Virus record (IMG/VR): IMGVR_UViG_3300043472_000009
Location: 1-24,086 of that record
DNA from: a virus
Taxonomy: Duplodnaviria; Caudoviricetes
Direction: 5' to 3' (one strand)
Length of the DNA: 24,086 nucleotides
Under the pieces are notes generated by a model. It was not told where the DNA came from and ran no database searches. It saw only the letters and a list, made by a program, of their open reading frames with translations. Within the stretch, counting starts at the first letter, position 1. Each line of letters starts with the position of its first letter. Shown here piece after piece: positions 1-7,546 of this stretch. The position numbers and the translations under genes were made by a program.

Positions 1-2
1 TC

Positions 3-155
3 AAGGGCAGGTCGTCGCGCCTGCTGCGGCAAGAGTTCCCGCATCTCAAATCCCGCCTGCCTACCCTATGGACCAACAGCTACTTCGTGGCGACCACTGG
101 AGGGGCGACCATTGACATCGTCAAACGCTATGTCGAGAACCAGCGCAACGCTTAG
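3..155 (+). CDS. tnpA: IS200/IS605-family Y1 (HUH) transposase, C-terminal fragment (5' end outside window)
   Basis: Manual translation: KGRSSRLLRQEFPHLKSRLPTLWTNSYFVATTGGATIDIVKRYVENQRNA*. The KG.SSR, LWT.SYFV.T.G and Y(V/I)ENQ (catalytic Tyr helix) motifs are typical of TnpA Y1. Confidence 0.93.
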   Translation, partial: KGRSSRLLRQEFPHLKSRLPTLWTNSYFVATTGGATIDIVKRYVENQRNA

Positions 156-210
156 AGCACTCCCTTACCTCCCAACGGCTAAAGCCGGGGGCTTCACGGG
201 AGCCTCCAGG
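156..210 (+). mobile_element. IS200/IS605 element end with subterminal hairpin
   Basis: Directly after the tnpA stop: CTTACCTCCCAACGGCTAAAGCCGGGGGCTT, with core palindrome CGGCT-AA-AGCCG (176-187), typical of IS200/605 end hairpins. The exact end is uncertain (near CAGG 207-210). Confidence 0.7.
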
Positions 211-626
211 TGACTGATCTGATCGCCAGGATCGACGAAACGATCACCGGTCTCGCCCTATGCCCCTGCGGCGCCGACCTCCCACCCGGGCAGCCGTACT
301 GTTCCGACGACTGCACCCCGACTCACCTCGGCGACGGCCAGGACCAGTGGAGCCCGTACGCCAGCACAGACCGGTGGGCGCACCTCGGTCGGACGCTCGC
401 CGAGAGCACCGACCCGCAGAGCCGGCCAGTCTGCGAGTGGCTTCAGTCCAACGGCATCAACCCCGGCGACGTCCTCGAAGACGCGCCGATCACGGTCGGC
501 GGCGACACGATCACCGTGATGTCGCCGCAGCGGGACCCCGACGGCTCGGTGCTGCTGGACCCGGGTGACCGGCGGATCGTCCTCACCGAACAACGCGTCC
601 ACCCGCTGATCAACCCACGCAGATAG
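210..626 (+). CDS. Hypothetical phage protein with N-terminal Cys cluster (CPCG...YCSDDC, possible Zn ribbon)
   Basis: 138-aa ORF with plausible composition; co-oriented with neighbours. Confidence 0.65.
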   Translation: MTDLIARIDETITGLALCPCGADLPPGQPYCSDDCTPTHLGDGQDQWSPYASTDRWAHLGRTLAESTDPQSRPVCEWLQSNGINPGDVLEDAPITVGGDTITVMSPQRDPDGSVLLDPGDRRIVLTEQRVHPLINPRR

Positions 627-749
627 CGAGACGGCGCCGGACCCGAAGATCCGACGCCGCCCGTACCGCCATCATCACCACACCTGAAGATCGCTCCCCA
701 GGCCACCGCCCGACAAGGTACCCGACGGCGGCGTGAAGGTGGCGGAATC

Positions 750-1616
750 ATGGGCGAAACGGTGTCATGTTCAACCTGTGGGGTGCTGAGGGCCGACGCC
801 GAACCACGCATCCCCAACCGGTCCCCGGTGTGCGACGGGGACCGCAACCTCATCGACCGGCACCTCAACGACGTGGCGAACCTTGTGGCCGACCTCAGCA
901 ATCCCGAACCCCCACTGGTCGACGACAGGCAGTACGAACGCTTCGGCATCGCCTACTTCGACGGCAACCGGCGGCACGTGTTCAGCCGCGGCATGTTCCC
1001 CTCCGACCCCCTCGCACCCCTGGGTGGTGTCGCCCCCATCAACTCCAAGTCCAAGGCGCCGTCGGTCTCAGGCAGCCGGGAACGACCCATCCCCATCCCG
1101 GTGACCGTCGTGGATCTGAAGGCGCCGGCCCGGCAGCCCAGCCCCTCCCAGGCCGCCCGGGACTGGCCGGAGGACCAGGTCGGCTACCTGTCCGCCGCGA
1201 CCGTCCTCGACCAGTGGTGCCGGTCCGTGCGCGACGAACTGTTCCCCGAACACCACCTGCCACCGGCAACGGTCGACGAGATGGCGGCGTGGCTACGGAA
1301 CCGGCTAGAAGACGTCTGCGACCACCATTCCGCGGTGGCCGAGTTCGCTGAGGAGATCCGCAACCTGCGGTCTGCGCTCCGCTCAGCCGCCGGGCAGGTC
1401 GAACCGCGGCCCGAGCACTGCGAGGGGGTGGCCTGCCCCCGCTGTGACCTCAGGACCCTGGCGCGCATGCCGTACGACACCTACCGCGCGCAATGCGGCG
1501 CCTGCGGAACCCTGCTGACCGACGAAGAGTTCGCCGAAACGATCAAGACCCAAAGTCTCCACGAAAGAGGCATCCGTACGGCGGACGAGATCCACGAAAT
1601 CCTTCGGCGAGCCTGA
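750..1616 (+). CDS. Cys-rich (Zn-finger) phage protein, candidate late transcription regulator
   Basis: 288 aa; CSTC near the N-terminus, CPRC and CGAC near the C-terminus; purine-rich GAAGGTGGCGG upstream. The regulator role is inferred from its position before the late genes. Confidence 0.7.
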   Translation: MGETVSCSTCGVLRADAEPRIPNRSPVCDGDRNLIDRHLNDVANLVADLSNPEPPLVDDRQYERFGIAYFDGNRRHVFSRGMFPSDPLAPLGGVAPINSKSKAPSVSGSRERPIPIPVTVVDLKAPARQPSPSQAARDWPEDQVGYLSAATVLDQWCRSVRDELFPEHHLPPATVDEMAAWLRNRLEDVCDHHSAVAEFAEEIRNLRSALRSAAGQVEPRPEHCEGVACPRCDLRTLARMPYDTYRAQCGACGTLLTDEEFAETIKTQSLHERGIRTADEIHEILRRA

Positions 1617-1652
1617 TGCAAAACGCACTCTGAGCTGGGAAAATAGTCCTCA

Positions 1653-2237
1653 ATGACGAAAAGTCGCGACCCAAGAGTCCACATGATCGGCTCCCGGATC
1701 ATCAGTCCCGATGCCGACGAGAGTGATCCCCTGCCAGAGGGCGCCCGCGAGATGATCTCCAGCCCCTACCGGTCATACGCGTGGGAGGCTCTAATGGACG
1801 CCCAGAAAGCCGGCGAAGACATCACCTACGTGGAGGCACTTCGCCGCGGCGAAGAACTCGCAAGCAATGACCTGCGGCTCCAGTCCCGGCGCTACCTGAT
1901 CCCGGCGCAGCACGATCCACGGCTGACAACCGGCCACGCAGACGTCGTCTACTACATGCGCATGGATCGGCTCGTGAAGATAGGTACCAGTACGAACATT
2001 CGCAGCCGAGTGAACTCGATAGGCCCCCAAGGCGTCATGGCCGTTGAACGCGGCGGCAACGACGTCGAGACGGCGAGGCACCGGCAGTTCGCTGCACTGC
2101 ACTCGCACCTTGAGTGGTTCCACCTCGGCGATGAACTCGCAGAACACATCCACGCCACCAGGGCCGCATTCGCCAAGACGGAGGGCATGACTGTGGAGGA
2201 GTGGCTAGCAGCGCACAGTGTCCGCGGCTACGCCTGA
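1653..2237 (+). CDS. T5orf172/MUG113-like (GIY-YIG superfamily) protein
   Basis: VVYYMR..LVKIGTS...R....E.GG...E..RHRQFA.L....EWF motif series characteristic of this family. Confidence 0.8.
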   Translation: MTKSRDPRVHMIGSRIISPDADESDPLPEGAREMISSPYRSYAWEALMDAQKAGEDITYVEALRRGEELASNDLRLQSRRYLIPAQHDPRLTTGHADVVYYMRMDRLVKIGTSTNIRSRVNSIGPQGVMAVERGGNDVETARHRQFAALHSHLEWFHLGDELAEHIHATRAAFAKTEGMTVEEWLAAHSVRGYA

Positions 2238-2257
2238 AACCACTACGGTCGCGTCGC

Positions 2258-2286
2258 TTGCAAAGTGCTAAACCGAGTGCTTTACT
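2258..2286 (+). promoter_or_regulatory. Candidate sigma70-type promoter
   Basis: TTGCAA (2258-2263), 17-bp spacer, TTTACT (2281-2286), in an AT-richer intergenic stretch. Confidence 0.4.
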
Positions 2287-2322
2287 CGCGATGCCGCTGG
2301 TTCCGGCTGCGCAAAAACTGAC

Positions 2323-2360
2323 AAGCCCCGAGGTCATCGCGACCTCGGGGCTTTCTCGTT
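2323..2360 (+). terminator. Strong hairpin, intrinsic terminator-like
   Basis: Perfect 13-bp stem AAGCCCCGAGGTC / GACCTCGGGGCTT with a 5-nt loop, followed by TCTCGTT. Confidence 0.7.
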
Positions 2361-2374
2361 GCCCGGAGGAAGCC

Positions 2375-2626
2375 GTGGATCTGGATGCCCGCGTACCCGC
2401 CTGGTTTGCCGCTCAGCGCGCGGGCGTGTCGAAGCAGCTGCTCAACTACTGGCGCACCAAGGGCAAGGTCGCTCCGGATGAGCGTGGCCTTTATCGGCTC
2501 GGTGACGTTCTGGTGGTCGAATCCCAGACGCGCCGGTCCTCCACTTCATCTCGTGGACGCCGACGCGACAAGCAGACCTGGGACACCCTGAACATCAACT
2601 CCGCCGGGTTTCCTCTCGCAAGCTGA
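2375..2626 (+). CDS. Small HTH DNA-binding protein (MerR/excisionase-like)
   Basis: GGAGGA then GTG at 2375 (the track start at 2201 is too far upstream). AAQRAGVSKQLLNYWRTKGKV...YRLGDV is a MerR-like HTH pattern. Confidence 0.75.
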   Translation: MDLDARVPAWFAAQRAGVSKQLLNYWRTKGKVAPDERGLYRLGDVLVVESQTRRSSTSSRGRRRDKQTWDTLNINSAGFPLAS

Positions 2627-2639
2627 CAGGCGGTGCCCC

Positions 2640-3284
2640 ATGCCGCTCTGGTCGTTCCCCGGCGTCGTCAAAGACATCGACGTCCCGTACGTCAACGTGA
2701 CACTCGACCTGGGACTGCGGCTGTACGCGGACACCCCGGTCCGGGTCGCTGGCCTCAACGCCGACGAACGGGACCTCGGACGCCTCACCGAACTGCTGCC
2801 CGTCGGCGCTCGAGTCCTCGCGGTCTGCGACGGTCTTCCCGGCGGACCCGTCCGAGCCCACCTGGCCCTCGCTGACGGGCGTGACGTGGCCACCCTGATG
2901 CGCGGGCGCAGGACACCGAAACCCCTGACCTCCTCGTACGGCGGCACCCTCGCCAAGGTGTGGACCTATCCGGCGTCGGTGGTGCACCCGATCGACGGCG
3001 ACACTTTCCAGGCGTGCGTGGCAACTGGCTCCACCATCAGCCACCACCTGCCTGTGAGGGTTTCTCACGTCAACTCGCCTGAGAAGGACACCGCCGAAGG
3101 CCAGGCCGCCCAGGTGTGGGCCGAACGAGTCCTCACCCCCGGCGTGGCTGTCACAGTCACCGCGTCCAGGCTGGAGAAGTTCGGCAGGATCCTGGGCACA
3201 GTCACCCTCGCGGACGGCGACGACTACGGCCAAGCCCTGATCGGCGCCGGCCACGCCGTCCCGTACGAAGGTGGGCCTCGCTGA
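2640..3284 (+). CDS. Thermonuclease (SNase) family protein, tandem domains
   Basis: C-terminal half has IDGDT, VRV..VNSPE, EKFGRILG and LI.AGHA.PY; the N-terminal half is a degenerate copy. Confidence 0.85.
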   Translation: MPLWSFPGVVKDIDVPYVNVTLDLGLRLYADTPVRVAGLNADERDLGRLTELLPVGARVLAVCDGLPGGPVRAHLALADGRDVATLMRGRRTPKPLTSSYGGTLAKVWTYPASVVHPIDGDTFQACVATGSTISHHLPVRVSHVNSPEKDTAEGQAAQVWAERVLTPGVAVTVTASRLEKFGRILGTVTLADGDDYGQALIGAGHAVPYEGGPR

Positions 3285-3526
3285 GGCGCAAGGTCTGGTT
3301 CCATCGGTGCCGCGCCGCACTCTGGATCGGCATCGGGATCGCCTCATTCATCTTCGGATGGGCTGAATCCGTGACGCTCGTCTGGATAGCCAGCCTCTAC
3401 GCCAACGTCGTATCGGACTGGACCGCCGGCGAGGCGGCCGACGACCGGGCCACCTTCGACCGCCTCGACACCATCGAGGCGAAGCTGGACGCCCTCCTCG
3501 AGCAGCGGAGGCGCGGACGTGACTGA
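3281..3526 (+). CDS. Small membrane protein (about 2 TM segments plus C-terminal coiled coil)
   Basis: ALWIGIGIASFIFGW and VTLVWIASLYANVV hydrophobic segments, then LDTIEAKLDALLE. The start is uncertain; CTG at 3281 overlaps the upstream TGA. Confidence 0.6.
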   Translation: MRRKVWFHRCRAALWIGIGIASFIFGWAESVTLVWIASLYANVVSDWTAGEAADDRATFDRLDTIEAKLDALLEQRRRGRD

Positions 3527-3707
3527 AAAGCCGCTCGCCTTCTCCCTCGACCTGCTCGCCGAAGCCGCCAAGCAGACACCCCCGCTGACCGCATGCCCCG
3601 ACGGGCACCTACTCATCCGCGGCCGAAGCTGCTGGAACCCGGTGCGATTCTCGGCCGACCTCCGCGCCCTGTACTGCGTGCCGGTGGAACACGGAGGCGA
3701 GCAATGA
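3519..3707 (+). CDS. Hypothetical protein (62 aa)
   Basis: Overlaps the upstream stop and the downstream ATG (ATGA), suggesting translational coupling. Confidence 0.55.
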   Translation: MTEKPLAFSLDLLAEAAKQTPPLTACPDGHLLIRGRSCWNPVRFSADLRALYCVPVEHGGEQ

Positions 3708-4830
3708 GCCTGCGGATCATCCACCGTGAACGGCTCCACTCGAACGACCCACGGCTCAAGCGGCACGTTCATCACGACAGCGAATCTCGGCGGTACGCGT
3801 TCGACACCCGCGGGATCACGATCAAGTCAGTTCGCCACCAGCGCCACATCCCGATCTTCGACCAAGGCGATCTTGGAAGCTGCACCGGAAACGCCGGCGT
3901 CGGCTGCATGGGCACCGGACCGTTCTACGGCACCGTCAACAACCCCAAGTTCGCGTACGCCGAAGCCGGCGCCGTCGCCTGCTACTCGGCCGCCACGAAA
4001 CTCGACGACGCGCACGGGCAATACCCGCCCACCGACACCGGATCCGACGGCCTCTCCGTCGCGAAAGCACTGCAAGCGGCCGGGGAGATCTCCGGCTACC
4101 AGCACACGTTCACCCTCGACGACGCCCTGAAGGCGTTGCAGGTCGTGCCGCTGATAGTCGGGACAGTCTGGCTCGCCAACATGTTCGAGCCGAACACCCA
4201 AGGTCTGATCAGTGTCACCGGCGCCGAACAGGGCGGCCACGAATACGTGATGGACGAATACGACGACCAGCGCGGCTGGGTCGGATTTCAGAATTCCTGG
4301 GGACCCGGATTCGGGGTCGGCGGCCGGTTCTACATGCAGGCCGTGTCAGCGCTCATGGAATTCCCTCAGCAGGCCGTAATCCGCTCACGCAATTCCCCCA
4401 GTCGCCGCTCGCCATGGCCGAGGGCGGTCGCTCGTCGTCCGCGGCGTCGGGCCGGCGGGCGTAAGGGCAAAGAGCAGCACCGAGGAGGGGGCGGGGCAAG
4501 GTCGCAGCGGATGGTTCAGTTGGTTTCGGCCCGGCCTGTTGGGCCGTCGCTCGTCGTCCCCCAGGGGAATTCCGTGAGCCGATGCCAGAGGAAACCCGTG
4601 AGCGTCCACAGGCCGAAAACTTCGGTGACCTCCTGAAACGAGACGGGGACGTCGTCGCGTTCACCCCGATCACCCAGCCGGCACCCCAGCCTTCCCCCTC
4701 GCCGTCCCCGCCGATCAGCGCCGACGAGACCTTCGCCGCGGTCCTCAAGCCGTGGACGGCGAAGAGTCACCCTTGCGCCAAGCAGGTAACGCAGGCAGGC
4801 CGGGACTGGCTCACCGCGAAAGGCCTCTGA
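3704..4830 (+). pseudogene. Papain-like cysteine peptidase (C1-like), interrupted by a MITE
   Basis: GGAGG then ATG at 3704; DQGDLGSCTG (Gln/Cys), GGHEY (His), QNSWG (Asn). Removing 4344-4615 rejoins ...GRFYMQA-ENFGDLLKRDGDVV... in frame, giving 284 aa ending at 4830. Confidence 0.85.
4344..4610. mobile_element. 267-bp non-autonomous IS21-like element (MITE)
   Basis: TGT...ACA ends; imperfect TIR TGTCAGCGCTCATGGAATTCCC vs TGTGGACGCTCACGGGTTTCCT; a second GCTCAYGSAATTCCCC repeat at each end; 5-bp TSD GGCCG (4339-4343 and 4611-4615). Confidence 0.88.
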
Positions 4831-5228
4831 TGACTGGCGAACCGGACCACCTCGGCACCCTCATCCGCAAAAGCCTCCGAGGACTCCTCGGCACGGACAC
4901 CATCCTCACCCGAATGGAGCACACCATGGCGAAGGTCATCGACCTCCTCAACGGCCTCGTGGCGCAGGAAACCGCCGCGTCCGCCGCGCAGGCCACCTCG
5001 TTCCACAACCTGCAGTCCGCCATCGACAACCTGCAGCAGGCCGTCCGTGACGGCGAGGTCTCCCCCGAGATCCAGGCTGCCGTGGATCAGCTTTCGGCTG
5101 GGTTCACGTCGCTGCAGCAGGCCGCCGACGACGCTGACACCGGCTTCGAGCCTGCCGAGCCCAGCAACCCGGACGTTCCGGCCGAGCCGACTCCGGCTGA
5201 CCCGAACGCGCCGGCCGGCAACGTCTGA
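4830..5228 (+). CDS. Hypothetical coiled-coil protein with acidic Pro-rich tail
   Basis: TGATG overlap with the peptidase stop; helical Ala/Gln-rich core. Alternative starts at 4914 or 4926. Confidence 0.7.
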   Translation: MTGEPDHLGTLIRKSLRGLLGTDTILTRMEHTMAKVIDLLNGLVAQETAASAAQATSFHNLQSAIDNLQQAVRDGEVSPEIQAAVDQLSAGFTSLQQAADDADTGFEPAEPSNPDVPAEPTPADPNAPAGNV

Positions 5229-5242
5229 CGTTTGACGAGCGT

Positions 5243-5276
5243 GTGGGCCGTGGTGGTGCGATTCCCTACGGCCCAC
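5243..5276. terminator. Hairpin between convergent genes
   Basis: GTGGGCCGTGG / CTACGGCCCAC 11-bp stem (one G-U pair) between the + strand stop at 5228 and the - strand stop at 5285. Confidence 0.55.
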
Positions 5277-5284
5277 GCCGTCTC

Positions 5285-5467
5285 CTACGGTTTCCGTTTC
5301 GGCGGTACCCAGCCTTCAGGCATGTTCGCCGTGGCGTAGGCCAGCATCCGGCGGACCATGTGCGAGACGTCAACATCTTCGCGTTCGGCTCTCTGTGAGA
5401 TGTTCAAGTAGCCGTTCTCGGCTAGGCGCACCGACAGAGTCCGTCTTCCTTGTTTCGCCTGCTCCAT
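5285..5467 (-). CDS. Ribbon-helix-helix (CopG/Arc-like) DNA-binding protein, 60 aa
   Basis: MEQAKQGRRTLSVRLAENGYLNISQRAEREDVDVSHMVRRMLAYA fits the strand (TLSVRL)-helix-helix (VSHMVRRML) pattern. Confidence 0.7.
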   Translation of the reverse strand: MEQAKQGRRTLSVRLAENGYLNISQRAEREDVDVSHMVRRMLAYATANMPEGWVPPKRKP

Positions 5468-5550
5468 GCGTAAGACTGTGGAGCACGTGGTCCGACAACG
5501 TTTGCGGCTCGCCGGACACTGACGCGTGACCCCGAGAGGGACAGGTGAAC

Positions 5551-6081
5551 ATGCCCGCCTCCCGAGCGAAACGCGCAGACACCGCCCAGCGGCGCAAGCG
5601 AGCCATCGACATGCGCATGGCCGGCGCGTCCTTCCAGAAGATCGCAGACGAACTCGGATACACCACCCGAGGCGCCGCCTGTCAGGACGTGACACGCGCC
5701 CTCGAGGCGGCGGTTGTCGAGCAGACCCGCTCCGTCGAGGCGTACCGCGAAGAGGAACTACAACGGCTCGACGCGCTCATGGTCGAGGCCTGGGCGATCC
5801 TCAAACGCGAGCATGTCACCGTCTCGCACGGCAAGCTCATCTACGACGACCGCACCGGGCAGCCGCTGCTCGACGACGGACCGACCCTGTCGGCCATCGA
5901 CCGCATCCTGAAGATCCAGGAACGTAGGGCGAAGTTCTTGGGCCTGGACGCGCCTCAGCGACACGAGGTGGTGAGCATCGATGCCATCGACGCTGCTATC
6001 AAGGACCTCAACGCCCAGCTTGGCCGAGATGAAGCTGGCGAAGCTGCTCGAGCTGAAGCGACTGAGGGAACTCAAGGCTAA
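5551..6081 (+). CDS. terS: Terminase small subunit (HTH-containing)
   Basis: RAIDMRMAGASFQKIADELGY HTH; EELQRLDAL and AIDRILKIQERRAKFLGLDAP motifs; immediately upstream of and overlapping terL. Start is ATG 5551 or GTG 5545. Confidence 0.8.
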   Translation: MPASRAKRADTAQRRKRAIDMRMAGASFQKIADELGYTTRGAACQDVTRALEAAVVEQTRSVEAYREEELQRLDALMVEAWAILKREHVTVSHGKLIYDDRTGQPLLDDGPTLSAIDRILKIQERRAKFLGLDAPQRHEVVSIDAIDAAIKDLNAQLGRDEAGEAARAEATEGTQG

Positions 6082-7530
6082 GCGCGACCGCGTGGCGTGG
6101 GCAAGCCGTCCGCGTCGCTGGAAGACGCCCGGGGATATGGCTCAGGCTCTCGATCCTCGTACGGTGCAGACTCCGGCGCTGGATCTGATCGACGATCACC
6201 TGGTCCGGCTCGCCAACGGCGAGATTGATCGACTGTTCATCGGAATGCCCCCTCAAGAGGGAAAAGTGAGCGCGCCTCTCGCCGCTGGCCGTTGTGGATG
6301 CTGGTCGAGGATCCGTCGTTGCGGGTCGTCATCGTGTCGTACAGCGAAGAAATCGCCAGGCGATGGGGCGCAGAGATCAAACGGGACCTCGAGGAGCATC
6401 CTGAGCTCGGCCTGAAGCTACGGGCGGACAGCAAGGCGGCTGGCCGCTGGCAGCTCGAGGGTCATCGTGGCGGGGTCTACTGCGTGGGCATCGGTGGCAG
6501 CCTTACATCAAGACCTGTCGATGTGCTGTTGGTGGATGACCCCGTCAAGGACATGGAGCAGGCACGCTCCTCCGCCTACAGCGAACGGGCGTGGCGCTGG
6601 TGGCAGGCCGTCGCGCTGACACGACTCACACCGGGCGCCCGCGTGGCGATCATCCAGACGCGCTGGGCCGAGGACGACCTCGCCGGCCGGGTGCTCGAGC
6701 ATGACGGCGACGCCCGCCACGGTGGGCGCTGGACCGTACTGAACATCCCGGCCCAAGCCGAAGACGACGGCGAAGACCCCCTGGGCCGCAAGCCCGGCGA
6801 GTACATGGTCTCGGCCCGCGGCAACCGAGACTGGGATGCAGTCAAGAAAGCTGTCGGTACCTGGGTTTGGGCCAGCCTCTATCAGCAGTCCCCGGCACCC
6901 GCCGAGGGCGGCCTGTTCAAACGGCTGTGGTGGCGATACCACACGACAGTCGGCGACCGCATGCACCTCGGCGGACGCGAGTACGACCTGCGCGACTGCT
7001 GGCGATTCGCCACCGTCGACCTCGCCGCGTCGACCCGCACCTCCGCCGACTTCACCGTCATCGCAGCGTGGGCCCGCACCATCTCCGGCGACCTGGTCCT
7101 ACTCGATCTGGTTCGAGCCCGCATCGGCGAGGAGCAGCACTTCACTCAGGCGCGCCCGCTGGTGCAGCGATGGAACCTGGACACCGTGTTCGTGGAAGCT
7201 TCCCAGTACGGGACGACGTTGGTGCGTGAGGCCACCCAGGACAGGGTGCCGATCACGCCGATCCAGGCGGAGAGCGACAAATTCAGTAGAGCCCTCCCAT
7301 ACTCCGCTTGGGTATCGTCCGGGCGGGTCTGGCTGCCCAGTGGTGCGCACTGGCTCGACGCCTTCGTCAATGAGCATGCCGCCTTCCCGGCTGCCGCTCA
7401 CGACGACACCGTCGACGTCGGGTCAATGGCTGTGCGGGTCGCAGTCACCAAGTGGCAGCCTCCACCGACCGGCCCAGCATCCCGACCTGCGTCCTCCGGT
7501 GAAGTCGACCTAATGAGTGCGGCTATGTGA
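6029..7530 (+). CDS. terL: Terminase large subunit, split by a -1 frameshift at 6259-6265
   Basis: Frame 1 gives ...RLFIGMPPQEGK and the -1 frame continues SERASRRWPLWML..., restoring Walker A PPQEGKS. Walker B LLVDDP, motif III IQTRW, LYQQ.P, and nuclease motifs TVDLA, ADFT and HDDTVD. Confidence 0.9.
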
Positions 7531-7546
7531 CTGAGGCGGTGGTCCC

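Noticed and set aside
627-749. Structured RNA in the intergenic gap (GAAGATC occurs twice)
   Set aside because: Only short GC-rich pairings expected by chance; nothing supportable.
2263-2283. CIRCE (HrcA) operator-like AAGTGCTAA / GAGTGCTTT
   Set aside because: The half-sites are direct repeats, not the inverted TTAGCACTC-N9-GAGTGCTAA arrangement.
4582-4830. Standalone 82-aa ORF, and the Arg-rich tail of ORF 3593..4636
   Set aside because: Both are artefacts of the MITE insertion; 4616-4830 is the true peptidase C-terminus.
5240-5280. tRNA fragment or att site (GGTGCGATTCCC resembles a T-loop)
   Set aside because: No cloverleaf, no TTCG and no CCA end; better explained as a simple hairpin between convergent genes.
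6292-7530. terL starting at TTG 6292
   Set aside because: It would lack Walker A and the N-terminal ATPase elements, which are encoded in the upstream frame.
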